Positions 34,660 through 44,300 of a stretch of 64,000 nucleotides of DNA are shown in pieces (within the stretch, counting starts at the first letter, position 1; every line of letters starts with the position of its first letter). Origin of the DNA: an uncultured Bacillota bacterium (GTDB taxonomy: Bacteria; Bacillota; Clostridia; Christensenellales; Borkfalkiaceae). Both the position numbers and the translations under genes were made by a program. The stretch covers positions 668 to 64,667 of the forward strand of contig CASDTU010000026.1 of the NCBI GenBank assembly GCA_949283775.1. The letters run 5' to 3'. The notes under the pieces are model-generated. The model saw only the letters and a program-made list of their open reading frames with translations, did no database searches and had not been told where the DNA came from.

Positions 34660-35454
34660 TCAATGTTCTTTAATACATTTGCGCGGACATTTTTCCACGC
34701 ACTTCATGCAGCCGACACACTTTGCATAATCGATCTCCGGCAATCCGTTTTTCATCGCGATCGCGCCCTCCGGACAATTCTTGGCGCACAGTCCGCAGCC
34801 GATACAGCCGTGCTGGCACAGCTCCATGACGTCCTTGCCCTTCCCGTGATTGGAGCAGGCAATATAGACTTTTGCGCTCTTCGGAATGCGGCCGATGATC
34901 CCCTTCGGACAGTTCGATATACACACGCCGCAAGAGATACACTTTTCTTTCTTTACGATCGCATATCCGCCGTCTTCAACGGCGATCGCGCCGTACGGGC
35001 ATACGTCCACGCACGTCTTCTTCCCGATACAGCCGACAGGACACGCCTTGATGCCGCCTGCGATCAGTTCGCAGGACGCACAGTTTCCGTATCCCTGATA
35101 ATCATACTTGTTGTAGCAGGCGTTGCCGCCGTTGCAATGCACCACGGCGACCGTCTCTTCCCCGACTTCGCCGCCCCCTAAAATCTCCGCGATCTTTTCT
35201 TTGTTCGCTTTCGGCGTCGCCCTGCAATCGGACAGTTTTGCTTCCCCTTTCACGAGCGCTTCCGCAAATTGCGCGCAGCCGGCCCTGCCGCATCCGCCGC
35301 AATTGGATTTCGCAAGCAGGCTTTCCACTTTTTCCACGCGCTCGTCCTTTTTGATCGCCAGCGCATTGGAACAAATCATCAATATAAAACCGAACACGAC
35401 GGCGATCGCAAGCATGATGCCGCCGGCGAGCAGAATCTGAATCACTGTTTCCAT
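34660..35454 (-). CDS. rnfB: Rnf complex subunit B (ferredoxin-type, multiple [4Fe-4S])
   Basis: N-terminal TM helix, then the CGGCGRAGCAQFAEAL motif and several CxxCxxCxxxCP clusters. It is the last gene of rnfCDGEAB. Confidence 0.9.
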   Translation of the reverse strand: METVIQILLAGGIMLAIAVVFGFILMICSNALAIKKDERVEKVESLLAKSNCGGCGRAGCAQFAEALVKGEAKLSDCRATPKANKEKIAEILGGGEVGEETVAVVHCNGGNACYNKYDYQGYGNCASCELIAGGIKACPVGCIGKKTCVDVCPYGAIAVEDGGYAIVKKEKCISCGVCISNCPKGIIGRIPKSAKVYIACSNHGKGKDVMELCQHGCIGCGLCAKNCPEGAIAMKNGLPEIDYAKCVGCMKCVEKCPRKCIKEH

Positions 35455-35460
35455 CTCTCT

Positions 35461-36048
35461 TTACCCCGCCAAAATGCCCGAAAATCCGGCGAACGCCATC
35501 GCCATGATCGCAGCCGTCACCAGCGTGATCGGAAAGCCTTTGAAACATGCGGGTATATCCGCTTTGTCCGTTTTCAGCCGCACGCCCGCAAGCAGGCAGA
35601 TCGCAAATAAAAATCCGATGCCCGTCGCGATCGACACCCCGAACGTGTATAAAAAATTGTAACTGTTAAATACGACCGCGCTGTTCGCCGTTCCCAAGAT
35701 CGCACAGTTCGTCGTTATGAGCGGCAAATATACGCCCAAGGCGCTGTAAAGCGTAGGCGAAAAGCGCTTTAAAATCATCTCCAACAGCTGCACGAGGCTC
35801 GCGATCACCAAAATAAACGCCATTGTATACAGATATTCGATTTCCAGCGGTAAGAGAATATAATTGTACGCCAGCCAGCAGAAAACCGAGGAAATGGCAA
35901 GCACAAAGATGACCGCAAAGCCCATTCCGACCGCGCTGGACATCTTCTTCGACACCCCCAAAAACGGACAGATGCCCTGGTATTGGGAGAGGACGATATT
36001 ATTTGATATAACCGCCGAAAACATTACGGATATAATCGATACTGTCAT
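35461..36048 (-). CDS. rnfA: Rnf complex subunit A
   Basis: 195-aa, 6-TM protein. NNIVLSQYQGICPFLGVSKK is an RnfA/NqrE-type signature. There is a 4-nt overlap with rnfE. Confidence 0.9.
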   Translation of the reverse strand: MTVSIISVMFSAVISNNIVLSQYQGICPFLGVSKKMSSAVGMGFAVIFVLAISSVFCWLAYNYILLPLEIEYLYTMAFILVIASLVQLLEMILKRFSPTLYSALGVYLPLITTNCAILGTANSAVVFNSYNFLYTFGVSIATGIGFLFAICLLAGVRLKTDKADIPACFKGFPITLVTAAIMAMAFAGFSGILAG

Positions 36049-36716
36049 TTTACGGCCTCCATCGGCTCAACTTCCCCGGTAGACAGGGGCAGTACGGCCC
36101 TCTTTGCTCTTTCTTTCTTCTCGTTGATCTTCTGCATGACGAAATTAAACAGCGCCATCATGCAGCCGAACACGATAAACCCGAACGCGCTCGCACCCAC
36201 GCCGCTCATCGCGGGAAACCCGGGGATCGCCATTCCTGCAAACGCTCCGCCGGCAAAAAACTCGCGGACGATCCCGATCAGACTGAGCGCACACGTAAAC
36301 CCGAGCCCCATGGACAGTCCGTCCAGCATGCTCAAAAGCGGCTTGTTGCAGGACGCGAAACTTTCCGCCCGCGCCAAAATGATGCAGTTGACTACGATCA
36401 ATGCGATAAACGCCTGCATCGTTCCGTATAAGTCGGGCAGATATTTGCGCATCACCATCTGTACGATGATGACAAAGGTCGATATGATCACGATATAGCA
36501 CGGGATGCGCACTTTATCGGGAATCACGTTGCGCAAAAGACTTACGAACAGGTTGGAAAAAATCAATACAAACGTCGTCGCTACGCCCATCGCAAACGCC
36601 TGAAACAGGCTCGTCGTCATGGCGATCGTCGGGCAGGTCCCGAGCACGAGCACAAACGTCGGATTGTTTTTAATGAATCCGCCTAAAAGCGTTTCTTTTA
36701 CTTTTTGCTTATTCAT
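36045..36716 (-). CDS. rnfE: Rnf complex subunit E
   Basis: Start trimmed to the ATG at 36714-36716. NNPTFVLVLGTCPTIAMTTS is an RnfE/NqrD-type signature. Confidence 0.9.
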   Translation of the reverse strand: MNKQKVKETLLGGFIKNNPTFVLVLGTCPTIAMTTSLFQAFAMGVATTFVLIFSNLFVSLLRNVIPDKVRIPCYIVIISTFVIIVQMVMRKYLPDLYGTMQAFIALIVVNCIILARAESFASCNKPLLSMLDGLSMGLGFTCALSLIGIVREFFAGGAFAGMAIPGFPAMSGVGASAFGFIVFGCMMALFNFVMQKINEKKERAKRAVLPLSTGEVEPMEAVK

Positions 36717-37254
36717 GCGCTTTCCCCCCCACGTTTTCATTGTAATACTGCACGGCGGTATCAATTCCATCTTTAACTGCATTGGACGTATACGTTGAAC
36801 CCGTAACAAAATCGCCGCCTAACTGCGGATCCAACTTTGATAGCTCTACCCCGTAAAACTGTTCGAAAAAACCCGCTTTTTCTAAATTTACAACATATTC
36901 ATCGTTATTTTCACCGACAACGATTTTATAAATTTTATCTTCACGAATATATACAAACATCTGAAATTCACCGCCGCGTTTGCTCTGTGAACTCGTAAGA
37001 AACGCATGAATTCCGTCCTGTTCGGAAACCGCATAATATACAATTGCACCAGGTCCGATCTCTATCCTTTCGTCTACAACCATAGTAAACTCGCCTTTGG
37101 CTCCGCTGTCTTCACGAAATCCGTCCAACGTGCTTTGTAAAGGATCGACATACGTCAGTTTATTGAAAAAACCGAGCAGCAGTCCGCTGCACAGCGCGAT
37201 CAGTGCCAAAACGAGAACGCCTTGCAGGATCGGCTTCATTTTTGCTCTATCCAT
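36709..37254 (-). CDS. rnfG: Rnf complex subunit G (FMN-binding)
   Basis: Start at the ATG 37252-37254 after GGAGGG, overlapping the rnfD stop by 8 nt. It has a signal anchor plus an FMN_bind-like C-terminus, VTGSTYTSNAV. Confidence 0.85.
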   Translation of the reverse strand: MDRAKMKPILQGVLVLALIALCSGLLLGFFNKLTYVDPLQSTLDGFREDSGAKGEFTMVVDERIEIGPGAIVYYAVSEQDGIHAFLTSSQSKRGGEFQMFVYIREDKIYKIVVGENNDEYVVNLEKAGFFEQFYGVELSKLDPQLGGDFVTGSTYTSNAVKDGIDTAVQYYNENVGGKAHE

Positions 37255-38689
37255 TCGACTTGCCCTCCATTTCACGCTTCGCGTAATCGAAACTCTCTAA
37301 GAGCATATCGCGCAGAGCCGTGTTCGTGATCGTAGCCGACGTTTCCGAATCCGTTGAAAGATCGTCCCCCTCCATTCCCGCAATCTCTGACCGCGTTTTG
37401 CCGAGGAACAATGACAGCTCCGCAATATAACCGTATTGATTTTCCTTGATCGCCTCGATGGAAGAAACCCGCATCGTTTCGGCATCGATCACCACCCGAT
37501 ACGCCCGCTCTTGATCCCATTGGCCGATACGGAAAGTGCCGCCGATCTCCATGGAATAATCTCCCTGCGCCGTATATTCCGCGCTCTGAACATATTTGTA
37601 TTCCTCCGGTTGCAGCGCCATGACCGGCACCGCTATGATCAGCGCAAGCGCCATCAGCGCGCATATTGCGCGCATCGCCCACTGCATGACGGGAAAAACA
37701 GGCTTTCCGCTTTTTCGGAGCTGCCCGAACCGTACGGGCAAAAGATATTTATCCAGAATGGGAACAAACAGGTTCATGATCAAAATTGCCAGGGACGTAC
37801 CCTCCGGATACGTACCATAACGGCGGATCAAAACCGTTACGACACCCAGTCCCACCGCATACAAAACGCGGTTGTATCTCCATTTGGGCGACGTCGCGTA
37901 ATCGGTCGCCATAAAGACGGCGCCGAACAGCAAACCGCCCGACAAAAGCTGCAAAAGGATCTCATCCGCGCTCTGATAGCAGACCAGCACCATGACCGCC
38001 GACGTCAGGATATACACGAGCGGGATGCGCCAATCGATCACTTTGCGCGCCGTCAGATAAATGCCGCCGGCCAAAACGGCGATCTTACAGGTCTCGCCGA
38101 TACTGCCACCGACCGCGCCGAGCAGCAGCTGCAAAACATACCCCCAATACCCATCTGCGCCGCCGAACGTACTCTTCAATGCATCGAGTCCGCCCCCTAA
38201 ATAAGTAGGCGCCGTCACGACGTCCGCCGATAAAAGATTGTCGCTTACGTTTGCGCCGATAAACTGCGTCATCACCGTGCTGTAAGCGAGCAATAAAAAT
38301 ACGCGCGCCGTCGCCGCAGGATTGGCAAAGTTTTTCCCCAACCCGCCGAACAGCATCTTTACGATGATGATCGCAAACACGCCGCCGATCACCGGAATAT
38401 ACCACGGCGCACGCGGCGGAAGATTCAATCCTAAGATCATTCCCGTCACGAGCGCAGACAAGTCGAACGTAAACGGCTTTTTCCTCGCCAAATTATAAAT
38501 CTGTTCGCTCAAAAAGCAAGTTGCCATACAGATGACAACCAAAAGCAGCGCACACAGTCCGAAATACACGACGCCGCAGATCAGGCAAGGCACGAGCGCA
38601 ATCAGTACGTCCAGCATGATCCTGCGCGTAGAAGACGAGTCCAATTTGTGCGGAGAGGCGGCAACTTTATAATTCTTGATTTCTGCCAT
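37247..38689 (-). CDS. rnfD: Rnf complex subunit D with an about 160-aa C-terminal extension (extra TM + FMN_bind-like domain)
   Basis: The RnfD/NqrB core spans aa 1 to about 320 (ASPH...MLDVLIAL...FMATDY.TSP). Then come the helix MQWAMRAICALMALALIIAVPVMAL and a domain ending LSTDSETSATITNTAL. Confidence 0.88.
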   Translation of the reverse strand: MAEIKNYKVAASPHKLDSSSTRRIMLDVLIALVPCLICGVVYFGLCALLLVVICMATCFLSEQIYNLARKKPFTFDLSALVTGMILGLNLPPRAPWYIPVIGGVFAIIIVKMLFGGLGKNFANPAATARVFLLLAYSTVMTQFIGANVSDNLLSADVVTAPTYLGGGLDALKSTFGGADGYWGYVLQLLLGAVGGSIGETCKIAVLAGGIYLTARKVIDWRIPLVYILTSAVMVLVCYQSADEILLQLLSGGLLFGAVFMATDYATSPKWRYNRVLYAVGLGVVTVLIRRYGTYPEGTSLAILIMNLFVPILDKYLLPVRFGQLRKSGKPVFPVMQWAMRAICALMALALIIAVPVMALQPEEYKYVQSAEYTAQGDYSMEIGGTFRIGQWDQERAYRVVIDAETMRVSSIEAIKENQYGYIAELSLFLGKTRSEIAGMEGDDLSTDSETSATITNTALRDMLLESFDYAKREMEGKSNG

Positions 38690-39999
38690 CAGATCTTTCT
38701 CTCCTTAATGATTTTTTTAGCCAACTTCACGCTCTGCGCAAGATATCGTTTTGCCGGACAGACATACGAACAGCAGCCGCAGCTGATACAGGAAGAAGCG
38801 CCATAACGCTTCGCCTCTTCATAGTCTTTGCGGAACAGCGCGTCCTCAATAAACGTGGGCGAAAGCCCCATCGGACAAGCCTGTACGCATCTGCCGCAGC
38901 CGATACACACCGACGCCGTCTTACTTACGCACTCGCTCTCATCCAAAAACAGCAAGCTCGACATCGTTTTGCTCGTGCAGACTTTTAAAGAAAAGACGGG
39001 TTCGCCCATCATCGGACCGCCGCTCACGATGCGCGCGCAGTTCTCTTCCGCGCCGCAAAACTCCGCTACTTCTTTGAGCGGCGTACCGTTCTTTACCCAA
39101 AGATTCTGCGGCCGCGCCACCGCCTTTCCGCTCACCGTCATAACGCGCTCATAGCAGGGTATGTTTTCTTCCACCGCGCGGCAGATCGAAAACGCCGTAT
39201 GCACGTTCACCACGACGACGCCCGCGTCGACGGGCAGCTTCCCTTCCGGAACCGCGCGCCCCGTGCAGCTTTTGATCAACTGTTTCTCCGCGCCCTGCGG
39301 ATACCGCGTCCGAAGCGGACAGACCCGAACTGCGCCCGAACAACGCTTGGAAAGTTTATCGATCGCTTCCGGCTTGTTTTTCTCTATTCCGATGATCGCC
39401 TCTTTTGCGCCGCACGCAAGCATCGCAAGCTCGATCCCGCGCAGCAACTCATCCGTATATTCCAGCATCACGCGCTCGTCGCAGGTAATGTACGGCTCGC
39501 ATTCCGCTCCGTTTACCACCAACACGTCCGCTCTGCCCGAAACGCTCAGCTTTGCCGCCGTAGGAAATCCGGCTCCCCCCATTCCGACGATGCCCGCCTC
39601 CTCGATCCGCCCAAGCACGCTCTGCGCATCGATTGCCGCCAAAGGCTCCAAAGACACGCTTTCATCCGTAAAATCATTCTCTATCCGGATATGTTCTCTC
39701 TTTTTGCCCGCTATCGTAATGTGCCCCGTTACTCCCTTCACGATCCCGGCGATCGGCGAATACACGTTCGCAGACAAGCCGTCCGCCTTTTTTGCGATCA
39801 GCTGGCCGCGCAAGACGCGCTCGCCTTCCGCAACGACCGGCACTGCCGGCGCGCCGATGTGCTGCGACAGCGGCAGCCATACGCAGGAAGGCTCCGGACA
39901 TCTGCCGATCTCTGCCTTTGCCGTAAGTTCTTTGCATCCGCGCGGATGCACTCCCTTTCTAAATGACGCCAAGAAACTCCCCTCCGACTCCGCCGTCAC
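38689..39999 (-). CDS. rnfC: Rnf complex subunit C (NADH/FMN-binding, 2x[4Fe-4S])
   Basis: Contains FRKGVHP, GIVGMGGAGFPT and the clusters CIGCGRCVQACP and CISCGCCSYVCP. It is the first gene of the operon. Confidence 0.9.
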   Translation of the reverse strand: MTAESEGSFLASFRKGVHPRGCKELTAKAEIGRCPEPSCVWLPLSQHIGAPAVPVVAEGERVLRGQLIAKKADGLSANVYSPIAGIVKGVTGHITIAGKKREHIRIENDFTDESVSLEPLAAIDAQSVLGRIEEAGIVGMGGAGFPTAAKLSVSGRADVLVVNGAECEPYITCDERVMLEYTDELLRGIELAMLACGAKEAIIGIEKNKPEAIDKLSKRCSGAVRVCPLRTRYPQGAEKQLIKSCTGRAVPEGKLPVDAGVVVVNVHTAFSICRAVEENIPCYERVMTVSGKAVARPQNLWVKNGTPLKEVAEFCGAEENCARIVSGGPMMGEPVFSLKVCTSKTMSSLLFLDESECVSKTASVCIGCGRCVQACPMGLSPTFIEDALFRKDYEEAKRYGASSCISCGCCSYVCPAKRYLAQSVKLAKKIIKERKI

Positions 40000-40106
40000 C
40001 CCTTTTCGGGATCTCTTTTTTCGGCGGTTATTTCCTTGTTTATCTGCATTATTTTATCATATTTTACCAAATGTGTAAACAAATTGAAAGCGGCGTTAAA
40101 AATTTT

Positions 40107-40535
40107 TCACCGCGCCGCCCCTGTCTTTTTCGCGCCCCCTGTCCGTCCTGCACCCGACCGCGCTTTATCGATCGCCGCGCGGATCGCCGAAACAAACTGA
40201 AAGACGGACAAAACACATAAAAACAGACCGAAGCCCATCCGCAAAGTCCCTGCCGATACTCCTTGCACAAAGATCGCTCCCAATACCGACAAGACGGTCG
40301 CCGGTACAATCGTCCATATGATATCTTTTGTATCCAACAATCCGTTTTTTGCGTGAACTTTCAGAGAAATGCCGGACATCGGCACAAAGGAAAACAAATT
40401 TGCCGACTGCGCCAAATGCTGCGGAACGCCGCACAGCACCGTAAGCGCCGGGATCAGGATCGTCCCGCCGCCCATTCCCATGCCGCCCAATAATCCCCCG
40501 AAAAATCCGACCGCCAAATAAATGATAAACCGCAA
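40107..40535 (-). CDS. Half-size (4-TM) TauE/SafE (TSUP) family permease
   Basis: TTG start at 40533-40535, 8 nt after AAGGAG. FFGGLLGGMGMGGGTILIPALT is the Gly-rich TSUP repeat motif. A basic roughly 25-aa C-terminal tail follows. Confidence 0.75.
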   Translation of the reverse strand: MRFIIYLAVGFFGGLLGGMGMGGGTILIPALTVLCGVPQHLAQSANLFSFVPMSGISLKVHAKNGLLDTKDIIWTIVPATVLSVLGAIFVQGVSAGTLRMGFGLFLCVLSVFQFVSAIRAAIDKARSGAGRTGGAKKTGAAR

Positions 40536-40595
40536 TATTCTTTCTCCTTCCTTATAAATTTTTCTTAAAAACTTTTGTCTTTTCCCGTTTCTTAA

Positions 40596-40640
40596 TTTTT
40601 ATATACCGCATTTTTATATACCGCATTTTTATATATTGTT
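40596..40640. repeat. 15-bp tandem repeat x3 (tttttatataccgca)
   Basis: Copies at 40596-40610, 40611-40625 and 40626-40640. The third is degenerate (tttttatatattgtt). Confidence 0.75.
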
Positions 40641-40702
40641 TCCATAACGCTTCGCCGCTTTCTCCCGATCGCAAAAAATAAAAAACGTTTGCGCCTTTCG
40701 CT

Positions 40703-40781
40703 TTTTAAGGCATACCTTTTTTTAAGGTATAATAATTTTAAAGACATAAAACAGTTTTAAGGCATAACAGTTTTAAGGTAT
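40703..40781. repeat. Five phased copies of TTTTAARGNAT at about 17-bp spacing
   Basis: ttttaaggcat at 40703, ttttaaggtat at 40720, ttttaaagacat at 40737, ttttaaggcat at 40755 and ttttaaggtat at 40771. Confidence 0.7.
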
Positions 40782-40812
40782 TAAAACTCTGCGGCGCGTT
40801 TAGAGATATTTT

Positions 40813-41175
40813 TTAAAAAATCATTTTGATTCCGGCCGCAAACATGACGATCGCAAAGAGGGCCACGGCGGCGGACGGCGAGATCCGGTTTAAAATCTTC
40901 GCTCCGGCAGCGCCGCCGAGCAAAACCCCGATGCTGACCGATAAAAAAAGCTCCGTATCAAACTGTCCGCTGAAGATATAGATCATCGCGCTCGCAAGGC
41001 ACACGGGAAGAATGATCAGAATCGCCGTAGCGTGCGCGACGAGCGGCGGCTTTTTACAGACTCCCGTCAGAAGCGGCACGACGATCATGCCCCCGCCTCC
41101 GCCGAAAATTCCGTTCACGATCCCCACCAAACAGCCGCAGGCGCATAAAATGGCTTTGTTTTTTATCCCGTTCAT
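40813..41175 (-). CDS. Half-size (4-TM) TauE/SafE (TSUP) family permease
   Basis: 120 aa. GIVNGIFGGGGGMIVVPLLT is the TSUP repeat motif, with 4 predicted TM helices. The RBS is weak. Confidence 0.7.
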   Translation of the reverse strand: MNGIKNKAILCACGCLVGIVNGIFGGGGGMIVVPLLTGVCKKPPLVAHATAILIILPVCLASAMIYIFSGQFDTELFLSVSIGVLLGGAAGAKILNRISPSAAVALFAIVMFAAGIKMIF

Positions 41176-41358
41176 CGCTTTGCTTTTTTGCTCTCCTTTT
41201 TATCTTTTTATTCAGTTTGCGCGTTTACAGAAAAAATAATGAGATTTTCACCTTTTTTTTATCTTTATTGCTTGCTTTTAATCCTCTTTTATATTAAAAT
41301 AGTATAGTACGATTTTAATTTATTTAAATTCATAATTATCTACAAAAAGGGTGTTCAA

Positions 41359-44300
41359 ATGGCAAAAAGCAATCAAACAAAGAAACTGAAAATCGCTACT
41401 TTGGTGCTGACTCTCGTTATGTTGCTTTCGTTTTGCTCCTTCCTGTTTACGGCTTGCAGCAAATCGAACAGTTCTGACGACGATGACGATTCGTCCGTTC
41501 AAAAGACGGATACGCAGACTTTTGCAAATGCTGATTTTGAGTTCTTTAACGACAACAGCGAAACTTATCTGATCGCAACCCCGGACAGCTGGACAAGCTC
41601 CACCGTTTCCAACGACAGCGGCATCAGCTCCAGCTCTTCCATCGCAAAGTCGGGTATCGTCGATACGTCCATCGATTGGAAACAATTTGTACAGGCATTC
41701 GACGACTATGAATATTACAGCAGCCTCGACGACGACGATGAAGCCCTGGAAGATGCGGAATACTATAAAGATATCGATAATAATTACGATATCCCCGGTT
41801 GGGATCTCGCCAAAGCGAAGAAAACCGGCAACGACAGCGAAGATACCGATCCCACGACGGAAGAGATCACCGCAGAATCGACCGCTCTTAATCCCGGAAC
41901 GCATTGGTCCGATGCCAGCGATAAGGCTGACCTCGACGAGAAAAACGGCACGCACGTGTTGATGCTGCACAACTACCGCTCCAACGGTAAAACGACGGCA
42001 ACAAAATATACGTCCGCTTCCATTACTCTCTCCGCCGGTACCGCCGCTTCTTTCTCCGTCTGGGTAAAGACCGCAGGCCTTACTTACAACAACGGCACAT
42101 CGGTCAACGGAAACCGCGGCGCTTTCATCGAAGTATCCACCACCGTGGGCAGCACCGAGAAGTCGAACCTCGTCGTACGCAACATCGATACTTCCGATGT
42201 TCAGGATAACAACGGCTGGGAACAGTACACTTTCTATGTAAAGGCATCGCAGTATGCGGCAACTTCCTTTACGGTTTCCCTCGGCCTCGGCAGACAAACC
42301 GAAAGCACTTCCGCAAACGAATACGAATACGTGCAGGGCTACGCTTTCTTCGACGATCTGCAATATTCCATGATGACTGCCCAGCAGTTCGACGCGGATC
42401 TCGCGACGAACGTTCCGGACGCTTCGCAGAGAACGAAACTTGACCTCACGTTCGACAACGACCTCGATAAATTTGACGCGCAGGAAGCAAGAACGAAAAA
42501 TGCTTTCTCGATCGACCTCAACGACATCGCTCCCGAAGCGATCTCCTTTAACGGCGTTACCGCAGAGAAAACTTCGGATAAGCGCGCGCAAGTCGTCAAT
42601 ACCGTTGACAGCTATTTCGGAGCGCAAGGCTTGGAATTGACTGCCAACGAACAAACCGACCTTGAACTGTCCGGATTCCACAACGCAAGCGATTTTGTTT
42701 CCGGTTCAAAATATAACACCACTTTCTTAAAGGCCTTTGAAAACTTTAATTCTCTCCCCTTCGGCGGTGACAATCAAAAAGTTTTGGTCCTTTACAGCAG
42801 TCTCGGCGCACCGTATACCGCAAAGATGGGAAAAGGATATGATGCAACGTCCGCTTCCACGAGTTCCATTTCGGACATCTTTACGCTGGACGATGAATCG
42901 CGTATGCTTATCTCCTTCTGGGTAAAAACAAATGAGCTGCAAGGCGGAACAGGCGCTACCGTAACGTTAGTCAACAACGATACGAAATCTACGATCGGCG
43001 CAGTCGATACGACGACGCTCGACACCGTCAACATTAAAGACGATTCCTCTACCAACGCCAATAAAGACGTTTGGGAAGATATCTTCGACGGATGGAAAAA
43101 ATGCTCCTTCTATGTATCCAATTATACGGGCGAAACTGTTTCCTTCTCTTTGGAATTCAACTTCGGCCCCACAGCGATCGCCGGTACTTCGATCTCCTCG
43201 TTTGTCCCCGGTTTCGCCGCTTTCACCGGATTCGAAGCAACCATTCTGTCCGATGAACAATACAATTTGAAGAGTACGGATTCGTATGCGGTCGACGTGG
43301 CTTTGTCCGCTGAAACTTCTAATGCATCCAACTCCTTCGACGAACCTGCCTATACCCGTCCCGACGAAATTGAAACGGATCTCGCAGACCTTCGCAATTA
43401 CACCGGCGTTTACGGCAACAGCCTGGCAGTCGGCGGAACCGAAAATACGGGTTACAACCTCAACTCGAACGCAGGTCTGATCAGCAAAGAATATGCGGAT
43501 AAAGGCAATTACACAAACAAAGAATGGCTCGATATCGTCTGCAATTCCTATTCCGGCTATACGGATACTTTGACAAGCGAGTTATGGAATGAGATCTTCG
43601 GAGCAGACACGACACAGCCCCTGCTCATCGCTAATACAGTCGAACAGGCATACGGCTTCATCGCAAACGCCTCTACTACTTTGTCTGCTTCTTCCTATAA
43701 GGCTGTAACGGTTCGCGTAAAACTCAGTCCGGGCGCTACGGCTAATATTTATCTGATCGACACAAAAGCTCCGGAAGAATCTTCGGATAAGAGCTTTACA
43801 AATTCCTTAGGCTTTGCTTCCGGCGTTTCCTACCGCCACGATAAGGACGGCAATATCGTGACCAAAGATCCGGATGCGGATGATTTCAGCAATAAGACGG
43901 ACATCCTCTTCTATTATAATGAGGAAACCGGTCTGTGGGCTCCGACCAAAAATTATACCGGCGACGTCTTCTACGCAAACTTGGCAAACTATGAAAAAGA
44001 TGAAGACGGCAATCTGATCGCTTCCGATAAGAGCATCATCTACTATGCGGATGATAATACGGAAGAATCGGGCGTATATTACAGATACAGCGACGACGAC
44101 GGAAAACTCTCCGTAAAAGTCAAAGACTTCACAAAATCCGATAAGAGCGCAGACGATCTGAAAAAAGCTACGCTGCAAAATTCCGTTACAAAAGAAAACG
44201 CACTGGTGCAGACCGTAACGAATCCCAGCGCAACGAAAGTGTCCGATTGGATCTATGTTCGCTTCTTTATCGCTATCGGCGATGAAAGCAAAGATTACAG

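Noticed and set aside
40107-41175. TSUP halves as a disrupted pseudogene
   Set aside because: Each half is an intact 4-TM unit with its own start, and the downstream one has a strong RBS. The 277-bp spacer is not remnant coding sequence. Separate half-size TSUP genes are plausible. The case is kept as a finding for the spacer arrays.
41320-42681. 453-aa ORF antisense to the 5' part of the 1266-aa lipoprotein gene
   Set aside because: It has no RBS. Its composition is Val/Ile/Phe/Arg/Gly-rich and not protein-like. It is fully embedded opposite a gene with clear domain logic. Long stop-free antisense frames are pervasive in this window, which points to a codon-bias artefact.
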